Below, piece after piece: positions 10,501 through 19,276 of a stretch of DNA of 64,000 nucleotides. How positions within the stretch are numbered: position 1 is the stretch's first letter; every line of letters begins with the position of its first letter. A program made the translations under genes and the position numbers. The stretch lies in contig CAWJZV010000048.1 in assembly GCA_963847445.1 (NCBI GenBank), positions 128,001-192,000 of the forward strand, read 5' to 3'. A model generated the notes under the pieces. That model was given only the letters and a program-made list of their open reading frames with translations. It was not told the origin of the DNA and searched no databases. Source of the stretch: an uncultured delta proteobacterium (GTDB lineage Bacteria; Desulfobacterota; Binatia; UBA9968).

Positions 10501-11213
10501 CGATCAGCGGGTCGCTGGACGATCCGCAGTTCAGCGTCGGTGGCATCATCTGGCGCATCATCGTCAACATTCTTACCAAGGCCATCACCGCACCCTTCTC
10601 TCTGCTCGGCGCGGTGTTCAGCGGCGGCAGTGGCAGCGGCGAAGAGTTAAGTTATGTTGAATTCGACAACGGCCGCGCCAACTTGAATCAAACCGCTCAG
10701 ACTAAAATCGCCACGCTCGCCAAGGCGCTCAACAATCGTCCGTCCATCAACTTGGAACTGACCGGCCGGGTCGATCCGGCGAGCGATCTCGAAGGCTTGA
10801 AGCGCGTCGGCATCGAACGCAAGGCCAAGGCGCAAAAAATGCGCGAACTGGTGCGCCAGGGCCAAGCACAGCGATCGCTGGACGACATCCAGTTCGACAA
10901 AGACGAGTATCCGAAGTATTTGAAGGCCGCCTACGGCGAAGAAAGTTTTCCCAAACCGCGCAACCTAGTTGGACTCGCGGTGGATTTGCCGGTGGCCGAG
11001 ATGGAAAAATTGATGATGCAGCATGCCAAAGCGACAGACGATGACATGCGCCAATTGGCCAGCCAGCGCGCCCAAGCGGTGCGCGACGCCCTGTTGGCCA
11101 CCGGCCAAGTCGCTGCCGACCGGCTGTTCATCGTCGCCGCCAAACCGCTCAGCAACGAAGAACAAGCCAAACTCAAAGGCAAACCCAACCGCGTCGACTT
11201 CACTATGAAGTAA
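7572..11213 (+). CDS. DUF748 repeat envelope protein with C-terminal OmpA-like region
   Basis: 1213 aa, N-terminal TM anchor, repeated beta-rich modules, LAVALLKDRDGVIDIDLPISGSLDDPQFS motif, LASQRAQAVRDAL...NRVDF C-terminus. Confidence 0.85.
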   Translation: MASKLTDLRTKTTAMVRHPRTRKIAIWLVAIVVGFGVLLGLAAPPLLRGKIASELSKTLHRPVTIEQIKLNPYTLTVTVRGFLMQEKQGQTAALSFEELFVNLELQSLIRLAPVIEELRLVKPYVNLVRQQDFKYNFQDLIDEFTSGPPGPTPRFALHNIQIIDGKIDFDDQPEKTKHSVTSLKIGLPFISSLPAHLAIKIKPEFAAVINGAPFHLAGDSTTPFTDSLESTLGIKIDKLEIAKFLEYSPVALNFKLSSGQLNGKVTLGFKSAPKAAPVLALSGDLNVNALEMQETGAAPLLKLPNFDVVIGAFEVFNSKLVLKSVKSQGLEVHVAIDRKGALNLANLVTPSANSQPAPEKKDDAKPFIYQIEEFALDGATIHFNDEQPQQPYKTRLDNVRLKVTGLSNEADKKANVELSFESDAKETFSHAGTVQLTPLLADGKLEIGALQLKKLRPYYGDLIGVEFKDGLLDLTTQVAFAQKADEPEIKLSELNAALRTLRMDVPGESEPLWRVPLLTVKDTTVDVGKRSVVIGSVETRDGNGYVQREKDGTISYARLLKTRGPESATKQPAKAEQASWTVLTKRVAFNRYKIVYDDRSLATPARIVVSNTTLRGENFSNVEKSRGKATFQATINDKGTLKIAGTVGTRPVTGRLEVDAQGIDILPFRPYVEDRVNFLFTSGSIGTKGNLIFDTSGDGPAKVNYDGSVDITDFATIEKSNSNDLLKWKSLNLNALQFNLEPFKLSIGEINLGDFYSRLILGADGKMNLQKLTPESEEKKAEPPPEKTTAKAPEAKAPDKPGAAAPSAAAEEKAITIGKINLTAGNIDFSDLFIKPNYNANLTGVQGTISELKPETPGDLDITARLDNAAPVVIKGKLNPLSKELFLDIVADAKDIELSPMTPYSGRYVGYGIEKGKLSFNVKYKLENRKLTAENKIILNQLTFGERIESPDATKLPVLLAVALLKDRDGVIDIDLPISGSLDDPQFSVGGIIWRIIVNILTKAITAPFSLLGAVFSGGSGSGEELSYVEFDNGRANLNQTAQTKIATLAKALNNRPSINLELTGRVDPASDLEGLKRVGIERKAKAQKMRELVRQGQAQRSLDDIQFDKDEYPKYLKAAYGEESFPKPRNLVGLAVDLPVAEMEKLMMQHAKATDDDMRQLASQRAQAVRDALLATGQVAADRLFIVAAKPLSNEEQAKLKGKPNRVDFTMK

Positions 11214-11227
11214 GCGGAGACAAGAAC

Positions 11228-11309
11228 TGGAGTGATGGAGTGTTGGAGTACTGGAATAATGGGTTCCGGATTGCCCAATACTCCAGTACCCCAACACTCC
11301 AGTACTCCA
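11228..11309. repeat. 8-bp periodic palindromic element (TGGAGTRN)n ... (NYACTCCA)n, copy 1
   Basis: tggagtga tggagtgt tggagtac tggaataa tggg ... cccaatactccagtaccccaacactccagtactcca. Confidence 0.9.
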
Positions 11310-11377
11310 TTGCCTCGCTCAAGTTGTTTAGCCCTCCCAACTGTTATAAGATTCCGCTTGGTCCAGGAGGCCGCTCA

Positions 11378-11623
11378 ATGACCCAGGTAAAAAAAACCGC
11401 TAACCCCAAAGTAACCATCATTGCCAGCAAAGGGGCCAATCAGGCAATCAACTATCTATTGGAAGACCGCGACGAGCTCGACTGGCTGGTCGCCATCGGC
11501 CGCAATAAGAAAGGCGATATCTTTTTCTACGATACCGGCGGCGACATCATCCAAGACCTGGGCGCCATCGAATACGTCAAGGAAAGAATCGTCAGGGACT
11601 ACTTCGGCGAGCCGGATGAATAA
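11378..11623 (+). CDS. Small hypothetical protein (81 aa)
   Basis: AGGAGG RBS before ATG 11378; host-like codon usage; no recognised family. Confidence 0.7.
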   Translation: MTQVKKTANPKVTIIASKGANQAINYLLEDRDELDWLVAIGRNKKGDIFFYDTGGDIIQDLGAIEYVKERIVRDYFGEPDE

Positions 11624-11644
11624 GCGCGGCTCCGGCCGCGCCTA

Positions 11645-11727
11645 GTTCAAGGTTCAATAGTTCAAAGGTTCAACGTCCACTCCTCTCCGATTCCGACCTT
11701 GAACTTTTGAACGCTTGAACCTTGAAC
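11645..11727. repeat. GTTCAA/TTGAAC periodic palindromic element between convergent genes
   Basis: Four gttcaa units, a spacer, then four ttgaac units. Confidence 0.9.
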
Positions 11728-11735
11728 GAATACTC

Positions 11736-13166
11736 TTAATCCATCGGAATTTTCGGTTTAATTCGCAACGGCGGCGCCCCCGCCGGCAAGAAATCTTCTA
11801 AATTCACTGTTTCCCAACCCACCGGTTGCAGCCTTTCAAACTCCTTGCGCCGCTGGGCATCGCACTCAGGCGGTTTGGTCGCGTCGATGATCATCTTGCC
11901 GCCGATGCGGTGCCATCCCGGCGCGCCGGGATGGCCGAACTCCGGGCAGGATGGGTCCATGGCATGAATCTTCGCGCCGGGTATGGTGACGATGTCCTCC
12001 GCCGGATTCACCCGCGTGTTGATCGACCACAAGACTTCAGCATAGTTGAAAATATCCACGTCGATATCGACGGCGATGGCGATTTTCGGATGTTGATATT
12101 CGCTCGATAGCACCGACATCAAGACGTTTTTCGCCTCGCCGTAGTAGCGCGGCTTCATCTGCACCACCACGCCGAAAATTCCCGGCATGACTAACACGTT
12201 GCGCACATCGGCGAGGCCGCCGACGTTGCGCGCCCGGCGCAGGATCTGCGCCGACATCGGCACTTTGTGATAGACGCAGCCTTCGACCTCCGTGCCGTTC
12301 TGAACGTTCTTGAAGATCGCATCGTTGCGCATGGTGATGGCTTTGATGTTGACGATGGGATTTTGCCCGGAGCCGGTGAGGTAATAATCCTGAAACTCAC
12401 TGAACGGCCCTTCCGGTTCGCGAATCTTCGGCGGGATTTCCCCTTCGAGGACGATTTCGGCCCAGGCCGGCACTTCGAGATCGACAGTACGGCATTTGAC
12501 CAACTCGACATCTTCCTGCAATAAAGCGGCAGCGATCTCGAATTCGTCGACGCCATACTGGGTCGTCGTCGCCGCCGCGAAGTAATACATCGGATGGTGG
12601 CCGATCATGATCGCCACCGGCATCGGCTTATCCTGCGCTTCATACATCTGATAGTTGGCCCAGGCATGGCGCGGATAGAGCAGGATGCCGGTCTTCTTCG
12701 GCCCCTTCATCTGCAAGCGATGAAAGCTCAAGTTGCGCTGGCCGGTCTGGGGATTTTTCGTGATCATCAACCCCGAGCCGATGAACGGACCGCCGTCGCG
12801 AATGCCGGCCTGATGGATCGGCATCTTGGTGATATCGACATCGTCGCCGAGTAAAACCTTCTGCTGCACCGGGCCGGTTTCTACCAACCGAGTCTTGCCC
12901 AAAGTTTCCGTGCGCCGGACGAATTCGGGAATCATCTGATCGCGCTCGGTGCCGAACGCCACCGGCGCCAACGCCACGTCCCCAGGCGCCTGCCCCAAAC
13001 AACGCCAACCCGGATAGCCCGGCAGATTTTCAAATAATAAACCACGATCGCGCGCCTGCCAGAGCAACGCGCCCATCTGCGTGCGCGGGTCGACTGGTTT
13101 GGCAATGCGCGCCAACAGTCCGGCTTTTTCCAGTTGATCGATCCAACTGCGCATGTCTTGGGACAT
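11736..13166 (-). CDS. UbiD family prFMN-dependent (de)carboxylase
   Basis: RDGGPFI, NLSFHRLQ, EGPFSEF catalytic motif, VDIDVDI..VLWSINTRVNP, GKMIIDATKP. Confidence 0.92.
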   Translation of the reverse strand: MSQDMRSWIDQLEKAGLLARIAKPVDPRTQMGALLWQARDRGLLFENLPGYPGWRCLGQAPGDVALAPVAFGTERDQMIPEFVRRTETLGKTRLVETGPVQQKVLLGDDVDITKMPIHQAGIRDGGPFIGSGLMITKNPQTGQRNLSFHRLQMKGPKKTGILLYPRHAWANYQMYEAQDKPMPVAIMIGHHPMYYFAAATTTQYGVDEFEIAAALLQEDVELVKCRTVDLEVPAWAEIVLEGEIPPKIREPEGPFSEFQDYYLTGSGQNPIVNIKAITMRNDAIFKNVQNGTEVEGCVYHKVPMSAQILRRARNVGGLADVRNVLVMPGIFGVVVQMKPRYYGEAKNVLMSVLSSEYQHPKIAIAVDIDVDIFNYAEVLWSINTRVNPAEDIVTIPGAKIHAMDPSCPEFGHPGAPGWHRIGGKMIIDATKPPECDAQRRKEFERLQPVGWETVNLEDFLPAGAPPLRIKPKIPMD

Positions 13167-13236
13167 AAGAGATTCCTCCACGACTCGATATTGCGCCCAT
13201 CCATATCACGGCGCCGCTACGCCCACCATCGGGAAT

Positions 13237-13312
13237 TGGAGTACTGGAGTGTTGGAGTAGTGGAGTAATGGGTTTCCGGACCACCCAATCACTCCATCAC
13301 TCCAGTACTCCA
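13237..13312. repeat. TGGAGT 8-bp periodic palindromic element, copy 2
   Basis: tggagtac tggagtgt tggagtag tggagtaa tggg ... cccaatcactccatcactccagtactcca. Confidence 0.9.
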
Positions 13313-13357
13313 TTCTTCCGGTTTGCCTTTCGCAGAGGCTTCGCCTACTTTCGCTCC

Positions 13358-14578
13358 ATGCACTCGATCACGGACTTCTTCGGTCTCGACAAACTCGCGC
13401 CGGAAAAAGCCCGCGCCTTGAGCATCGTCTACGCCGCAAGCCTGGCGCTGATGATGGGCGTCAACTTCATCCAGCCGGCTTTGCCGGCGCTCACCCAGCC
13501 GTTTCAAGTGAGCGACGCGCAACTGTCGTGGATCATGACGCTGTTTACCGCGCCGGCGATTTTCTTGTCGCCGATTTTCGGCGTCATCGCCGATCTCTAC
13601 GGCCGGCGCCTGCTGCTCGCTTATGGATTAATGGTGTTTGGCCTGTTCGGCGGGGCCATGGCGTTTGCGCCCAGCTATACCTGGCTGCTGGTTTTTCGCA
13701 CGTTGCAAGGCGTCGGCTTCAGCGCCGTGATCCCGCTGACTATCGTCTTGATCGGCGATCTGTTGGAAGGCGACAAGGAAGTCAGCGGCCAGGGTCTGAA
13801 AGTTTTTCTCGACCGCATCGGCTATTTCATCTTTCCACCGTTGGGCGGACTGCTGGCGACCATCGCCTGGTTCTGGCCCTTTGTCTTTTACCTCCTGGCG
13901 ATTCCCTTGGGTCTAGTCGCGCTGCTTTACATGCCCGAGACTAAAGGCAAGCAGAAACCGCCGGCGGCAAACTACTTGGGCGACATCCTGCGCTTGACCC
14001 GCCATCCCCGGCTGATGATCGCATTCACTGCCGGCTTCCTGCGTTTCTTTCTCGACTATGGCTTTCTCACTTATTTTCCGCTCTTCTTGGTGCGCACCCA
14101 TGGCATCTCCACCGCCACCGCCGGCTTGCTCTACGTCTTTTTTGCGATCGGCGCCATGGCGACATCGAGCCAAGCCGGCCGCATCGCCACTGGCCGCGAC
14201 AAGGCGCGGATCTTGTTTCTCGCCTTCGTCGTCAGCGGCGCATCGGTCTTGGCCGTGCCGTTCATTCCCAATGTCTGGCTGATCGGCGGCGCATTGTTTT
14301 TTTACGGCCTCGCCAACGGCGTGATCTCGCCCATGCAGAAAAGCCTGCTGACGCAGAATGCGCCGGCGGAACTGCGCGGCGGCATCGTCTCCTTCGACCG
14401 CTTGATCCAGCAGGTCTCGAAAACCACCTCGACCTCCATCGTCGGCTTGTTGTTGGTCAGCACCGAACTGCCGACGATCTTCTGGATGTTGGGCATTCTT
14501 TCGTTTATCAGCGTCGCCCTAATGGCACTGCTATTGCCCCGCGGCGCAAAAATCCTACCGACGCCAACCACATCGTGA
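13358..14578 (+). CDS. MFS transporter (DHA1-like)
   Basis: GVIADLYGRR motif A, FRTLQGVG motif B, about 12 hydrophobic segments. Confidence 0.9.
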   Translation: MHSITDFFGLDKLAPEKARALSIVYAASLALMMGVNFIQPALPALTQPFQVSDAQLSWIMTLFTAPAIFLSPIFGVIADLYGRRLLLAYGLMVFGLFGGAMAFAPSYTWLLVFRTLQGVGFSAVIPLTIVLIGDLLEGDKEVSGQGLKVFLDRIGYFIFPPLGGLLATIAWFWPFVFYLLAIPLGLVALLYMPETKGKQKPPAANYLGDILRLTRHPRLMIAFTAGFLRFFLDYGFLTYFPLFLVRTHGISTATAGLLYVFFAIGAMATSSQAGRIATGRDKARILFLAFVVSGASVLAVPFIPNVWLIGGALFFYGLANGVISPMQKSLLTQNAPAELRGGIVSFDRLIQQVSKTTSTSIVGLLLVSTELPTIFWMLGILSFISVALMALLLPRGAKILPTPTTS

Positions 14579-14593
14579 CGATCTATCGCACCG

Positions 14594-14630
14594 TTTGAAA
14601 TCTGCAATCTGAATTTTGGAATCTGGAATC
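14594..14630. repeat. 7-bp periodic repeat (AATCTGN-like) between convergent genes
   Basis: tttgaaa tctgcaa tctgaat tttggaa tctggaa tc. Confidence 0.65.
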
Positions 14631-14646
14631 CGCGCGGCAGCGGGAC

Positions 14647-15753
14647 CTAGCCCAAATGTTTCTTGAAGCGCACCACGCTCAAGATCATAAAGAACAGGCC
14701 GAAGGCGCCGAGCACCAGCGCTTCATCCCACAACGCGACGATACCGGCGCCGCGCAGAATGATGCCGCGGAGGATTTCCAGATAGTAGGTCGCCGGAATC
14801 AGAAAACTGATCAGATAAATCAGCAGCGGCATCGACTCCCGGGGAAAAACGAAGCCGGACAGCAGAAACGCCGGCAGCAGCGTCATCAAGGACATCTGCA
14901 TCGCTTCGCTTTGGTTGCGCGCGAAGGTCGAAATCACGATGCCCATGCCGAGGGCGGACACGAGAAAGACCATCGATAAAAACAACAGCAAGGCAACCGA
15001 ACCATGAATCGGCACACCGAACAGGAAAACCATCAACAAGAGCACCAACACCGTCTGGCCGAAGCCGATGGCGGTGTAGGGTAAAAGCTTGCCGAGGATC
15101 AGCCCGCCCTTGGACACCGGCGTGACCAGCAATTGCTCCAGCGTGCCGCGCTCGCGCTCGCGCACGATGGCGAAGGCGGTGAGAAACACCGTGACCAACT
15201 GGAGAATGATGCCGATCAGTCCCGGCACGTAAAAGTTGGCGCTCAACAGATTGGGATTGAACAGCAAGCGCGGCCGGATATCGATGCTGAACTGGCTGGT
15301 TGAAATGCCGTCCCGTTCCAGCGATTTGACGAAACCCAACTGTTGGCTGGCGTTGAGCACGCGCGTGGCGATGGTCGAGTCCGAACCGTCGATGATCACT
15401 TGCACTTGCCCCTGCCGGCCGTTGACCAGATTGGTCGAGTAGTCCGGCGGGATTTTAATGCCAACTTTCGCGCGCCCGCCAATGATCGCATCTTGCAACT
15501 CTTGGTCCGACTGGACTTCACCGACCAAACGAAAGTAGTGGGTGTTCTCGAACTCCTGCACCAATTGGCGACTCTCCAATTGGCGATTGAGGTCGAACAC
15601 CACCGTCGGCACATGCTTGACGTCGGTATCGATGGCGTAGCCGAACAACAGCAATTCGAAAAGCGGGATGGCGAAGATAAAGCGCGTCGCCGGATCGCGT
15701 TTGATGTGAATGACCTCTTTTTTGAGGATCGCCCACAGGCCGCTAAACATCAT
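14647..15753 (-). CDS. ABC-2 exporter permease (YbhR/YbhS-like)
   Basis: KKEVIHIKRD, IVRERERGTLEQLLVTP, LSGFVFPRESMP. Confidence 0.9.
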   Translation of the reverse strand: MMFSGLWAILKKEVIHIKRDPATRFIFAIPLFELLLFGYAIDTDVKHVPTVVFDLNRQLESRQLVQEFENTHYFRLVGEVQSDQELQDAIIGGRAKVGIKIPPDYSTNLVNGRQGQVQVIIDGSDSTIATRVLNASQQLGFVKSLERDGISTSQFSIDIRPRLLFNPNLLSANFYVPGLIGIILQLVTVFLTAFAIVRERERGTLEQLLVTPVSKGGLILGKLLPYTAIGFGQTVLVLLLMVFLFGVPIHGSVALLLFLSMVFLVSALGMGIVISTFARNQSEAMQMSLMTLLPAFLLSGFVFPRESMPLLIYLISFLIPATYYLEILRGIILRGAGIVALWDEALVLGAFGLFFMILSVVRFKKHLG

Positions 15754-16703
15754 CGCCCTTCCGTGGCGCTGCGGCGCATGCGCGTCAACGCGACAAAAAC
15801 ATCTTCCAGAGACGGCGGCACGGAGCGGCACGCGACGTTGACCCCGCCCTGTTGGCGGGCGAACTCGATGAGCGCCGCCGCATCGGTGGACTGGCGGACT
15901 AAGGCATGAATCGCCTCGCCGAAGATGGTCGCGTCGACGACATCGTCATGGCGCCGCAAAAGCGGTAGCAGCTGGGTGGCATCGTCGCTGGTGACTTCGA
16001 CCCAAGCGCAGCCCGCCGGGGTGATCTCGGGCAACCGCTTCAGATCCTGCGGCCGGCCGATGGCGATCAGCTTGGCAAGATAAATATAGGCGACCTGCGA
16101 GCAGCGCTCCGCCTCGTCCATGTAATGGGTGGTCACGAACAGTGTCGTGCCTTCGGCGGCGAGGCGAAAGAGCAGATCCCAAATCTCCCGGCGCGCCACC
16201 GGATCGATGCCCGCCGTCGGCTCGTCGAGAAACAAGATCTTGGGCTGATGCAAGAGCGAACAAGCCAACGCGAGGCGCTGCTTATAGCCACCGGACAGCG
16301 TCGCCGCCATCTGTTCCAACCGGTCGTCCAGACCGACCAAAGCCACCACCGCCTGCCGCCGCGCCGCCAGCTCGGCGCGATTCAGCCCATAGATCGCGCC
16401 GTAAAAATCGATATTCTCCTCAACCGTGAGATCTTCGTAGAGACTGAAACGCTGCGACATGTAGCCGATGCGCTTCTTGATCTCCTCGGTCTGCTCGACG
16501 ACATCGAGACCGTCGAGCTCGGCCCGCCCCGAGGTCGGCTGCAACAGGCCGCAGAGGATGCGGATCATCGTCGACTTGCCCGAGCCGTTGGGGCCGAGGA
16601 ATCCGAAGATCTCACCTTCCTCGATGGTAAAACTGACATCGCTGACCGCCGTCAACGCGCCAAATTTCTTGCTGATAGCGTCGGCTCTAATGGCGATAGT
16701 CAT
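15750..16703 (-). CDS. ABC exporter ATP-binding protein (YbhF-like)
   Basis: GPNGSGKST Walker A, LSGG signature, LFLDEPT, TTHYMDEAE. Confidence 0.92.
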   Translation of the reverse strand: MTIAIRADAISKKFGALTAVSDVSFTIEEGEIFGFLGPNGSGKSTMIRILCGLLQPTSGRAELDGLDVVEQTEEIKKRIGYMSQRFSLYEDLTVEENIDFYGAIYGLNRAELAARRQAVVALVGLDDRLEQMAATLSGGYKQRLALACSLLHQPKILFLDEPTAGIDPVARREIWDLLFRLAAEGTTLFVTTHYMDEAERCSQVAYIYLAKLIAIGRPQDLKRLPEITPAGCAWVEVTSDDATQLLPLLRRHDDVVDATIFGEAIHALVRQSTDAAALIEFARQQGGVNVACRSVPPSLEDVFVALTRMRRSATEGR

Positions 16704-16801
16704 GGATCGTACTCGTGACTCGTGCTCGTGACTCGTCATTCCTCGATAACGCTCACCGCTGGGAACGCGACTCCTCTGCGCGGGCGATTCACGAATCGCC
16801 C

Positions 16802-17941
16802 CTACCGTATTTGAATCATCACATCCGCACTCATGCCCGGACGCAGCACATGCTCGGCATCGTCGATGACCACTTCGACCTGAAACACTTGCAGCACCCG
16901 TTCTTCGTGGGTTTGGATATTGCGCGGCGTGAATTCTCCCTGCCGATGGACGCGCCGCACCGCACCGGAGAAGTCCTTGTTGGGAAATGAATCGACGCGA
17001 ACTTTTACTTTCAATCCCGGCTGAACAAAACCCAGACGCGCCTCCGGCAGATAGGCGCGCACCCAAAGACTGCCCTGGCGCAACAGCGTCGCCACCGGCT
17101 TGCCGGCGCCGACTAGATCCCCCGGCTGCAAATCCAAAGCCTCGACCAGCGCATCCACCGGCGCTTTGATCACGGTCTCATCGAGTTGCGTCTGAATTTG
17201 CTCGAGCTTCGCCGTCGCCACTTCCATCTCCGACTTGGCCTGGGCGATTTCTTCTTTGCGAAAGCCGCCGCGTAGTTGGCGCCGCTTGGCATCGGCTTCG
17301 GCCCAGCGCTGGCGCGCCCGTTCGACTTCTTCCTTGCGCGTGCCGGCGAGCAAGAGATCGTAGCGCTCGCGGGCGCTGGTCATTTTCTGTTCGGCTTCGT
17401 CGGCTTTGGTCAAGGCATCGTCAAAGTCTTGCTTGGCAATCAGCTCGCGCTTAGCCAGGTCATCCATGCGGCTGAGAAACTTGCGCGCGTTCTCGGCCTG
17501 CGCCTTGGCCGCCTGCCAGTCCGCCGCCGCCTGGGCAATTTCCTCCTTGCGCGGCCCGGAGATTTGTTGGTCGAGCTCCGCTTGGGCTTGGCGCATGGCG
17601 GCTTCGGCTTGTTCGATTTCTTCCTTGCGGTAGCCCGCGCTTAACAAAGCGAACTTGGCGTCCGCCTGGCGCAAGCTCGCCTGCGCCTCGGCTAGCGCCG
17701 CGTTGAGCTCGCGCGGATCGAGCAACACCAGCGGCTCGCCGGCCTTGACCGCCTGGCCTTCCTTGACCGCGACTTTCAAGACCCGTCCGCCAACCTTGGA
17801 ACCGACATGAATATCGTCCGCCTCGACGATGCCGGAGATAACGAATTCGCTGCGGTTGCCGAAGACGTTACGCAATGAATAACCGGCGCCGACAACGATC
17901 AGGGCGCCAAGAATAATCCAGGTTACGATCTTCGCTTTCAC
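16802..17941 (-). CDS. HlyD family membrane fusion protein (YbhG-like)
   Basis: N-terminal TM, GSKVGGRV..VKEGQAVKAG lipoyl half, coiled coil, EFTPRNIQT motif. Confidence 0.9.
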   Translation of the reverse strand: MKAKIVTWIILGALIVVGAGYSLRNVFGNRSEFVISGIVEADDIHVGSKVGGRVLKVAVKEGQAVKAGEPLVLLDPRELNAALAEAQASLRQADAKFALLSAGYRKEEIEQAEAAMRQAQAELDQQISGPRKEEIAQAAADWQAAKAQAENARKFLSRMDDLAKRELIAKQDFDDALTKADEAEQKMTSARERYDLLLAGTRKEEVERARQRWAEADAKRRQLRGGFRKEEIAQAKSEMEVATAKLEQIQTQLDETVIKAPVDALVEALDLQPGDLVGAGKPVATLLRQGSLWVRAYLPEARLGFVQPGLKVKVRVDSFPNKDFSGAVRRVHRQGEFTPRNIQTHEERVLQVFQVEVVIDDAEHVLRPGMSADVMIQIR

Positions 17942-17992
17942 GGAAAGGATTTAGCGTAGTGTCTCACGCTGCTATTGTTTATCCGGAGTAAC

Positions 17993-18314
17993 TCACCACG
18001 AAGGCACGAAGGACACGAAGGGTTCGGATGACCAAATCTCCGAACTTCGTGCTCTTCGTGTCTGCCTTAGAAAATACCCGTGCAGCGATGATCTGCGCAT
18101 CGATAACGACTCTCTGTTCCGTCATACCGGCGCAGGCCGGTATCCATCCCCCTCCCGCCCCTGGATGCCGGCCTGTGCCGGCATGACCAGTCTAAGGAAT
18201 GGCTTCCGGTATTTTCATTATCTGTGGGCGTGCGTAAGATCATGATTCACTTCGTGGTAAAAAACTCTTTCCCATTTGGTTGCGACGCTGTCGCGCCAGA
18301 GCCTTCGTGGTGAA
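17993..18314. repeat. CACCACGAAG..CTTCGTGGTG palindromic element interrupted by an insert of about 240 bp
   Basis: The left part matches the intact copy at 44047-44129; the right end cttcgtggtgaa resumes at about 18303. Confidence 0.8.
18121..18187. repeat. REP-like palindrome GTCATACCGGCGCAGGCCGGTATCCA...TGGATGCCGGCCTGTGCCGGCATGAC
   Basis: Inverted arms seen directly; a related arm occurs at 45249-45275. Confidence 0.8.
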
Positions 18315-18322
18315 TTACCATC

Positions 18323-19195
18323 CTAAAAATCCTTGAACTCCTTGTCCTCGCGGCTCTCGGTTTCCAGTTGGATCGTCGTATGCTCGATGTTGAAGCGCTC
18401 TTTCAAAGTATCCTCGATGCCGTTCAACACCTGATGGAAGTCGCCGCCGTTCTCTACCACCGCATGGGCGCTCAGCGTGTAGATATCCGAGGTCACCGCC
18501 CAAACATGCAGGTCGTGAACCTTGTGGACGCCGTCCACCGCTTCGATGGTCTGGCGCACTTCATCGAGACGAATGCCCTTGGGCACCGACTGCATGAGCA
18601 CACTGAGGGAGTCTTTGATCAGGCTCCAGGACGAGTACAGAATCAGCGCGCCGATAAACATACTGATCAGCGGATCGGCCAGATACCAACCGGTGGCCAA
18701 CATGATCGCGCCGGCGGCGATGGCGCCCACCGAGCCGATGGCGTCGCTTATGACATGGAGAAACGCGCCGCGCATGTTGAGATTGTGCTGATGGCCGGAG
18801 TGGAGGATCGCCGCCGCGGCGAAATTGACCAATAGCCCCAGAACCGCGACGACGATCATGCCGAAACTTTCCACCGCCGGCGGATTGGCCAAGCGATAGT
18901 AGGCCGAAGTGAAAATCACGCCGACGATCAGCCAAAGCGTCAGGCCGTTGAACAGCGCCGCGAGAATTTCGACGCGATGGTAACCGTAGGTGCTGTGATG
19001 AGTCGCCGGCCGCTTGGCGACCCGGAAGGCGAACAAGCTGAGCGCCAAAGCGCCGATGTCGGAAAGCATATGGCCGGCGTCGGACAACAACGCCAAACTG
19101 TTGGTGAGAAAACCGGCGGTCAACTCGGCAAAGAAATAGACCGAACTGATGATCAAAGCCCATTTCAACCGCTGTGTTTCAGTATGCCGCGCCAT
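18323..19195 (-). CDS. Cation diffusion facilitator (CzcD/ZitB-like Zn/Co/Cd efflux)
   Basis: SLALLSDAGHMLSD (HxxxD), TYGYHRVE, AFLHVISD, VHDLHVW, EHTTIQLE. Confidence 0.93.
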   Translation of the reverse strand: MARHTETQRLKWALIISSVYFFAELTAGFLTNSLALLSDAGHMLSDIGALALSLFAFRVAKRPATHHSTYGYHRVEILAALFNGLTLWLIVGVIFTSAYYRLANPPAVESFGMIVVAVLGLLVNFAAAAILHSGHQHNLNMRGAFLHVISDAIGSVGAIAAGAIMLATGWYLADPLISMFIGALILYSSWSLIKDSLSVLMQSVPKGIRLDEVRQTIEAVDGVHKVHDLHVWAVTSDIYTLSAHAVVENGGDFHQVLNGIEDTLKERFNIEHTTIQLETESREDKEFKDF

Positions 19196-19276
19196 GCAAT
19201 CGTTGATCGCTGTTAAGTTACCCCCGCGCGGAGAAAGGCTCAAGACGCGTTGAGAATAATCCCAACTGTCTCTGTC

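Noticed and set aside
11240-11377. N-terminal extensions such as MLEYWNNG/HHSSTP on several ORFs
   Set aside because: These are translations of the TGGAGT repeat; RBS-supported or family-consistent starts lie downstream (11378, 13358).
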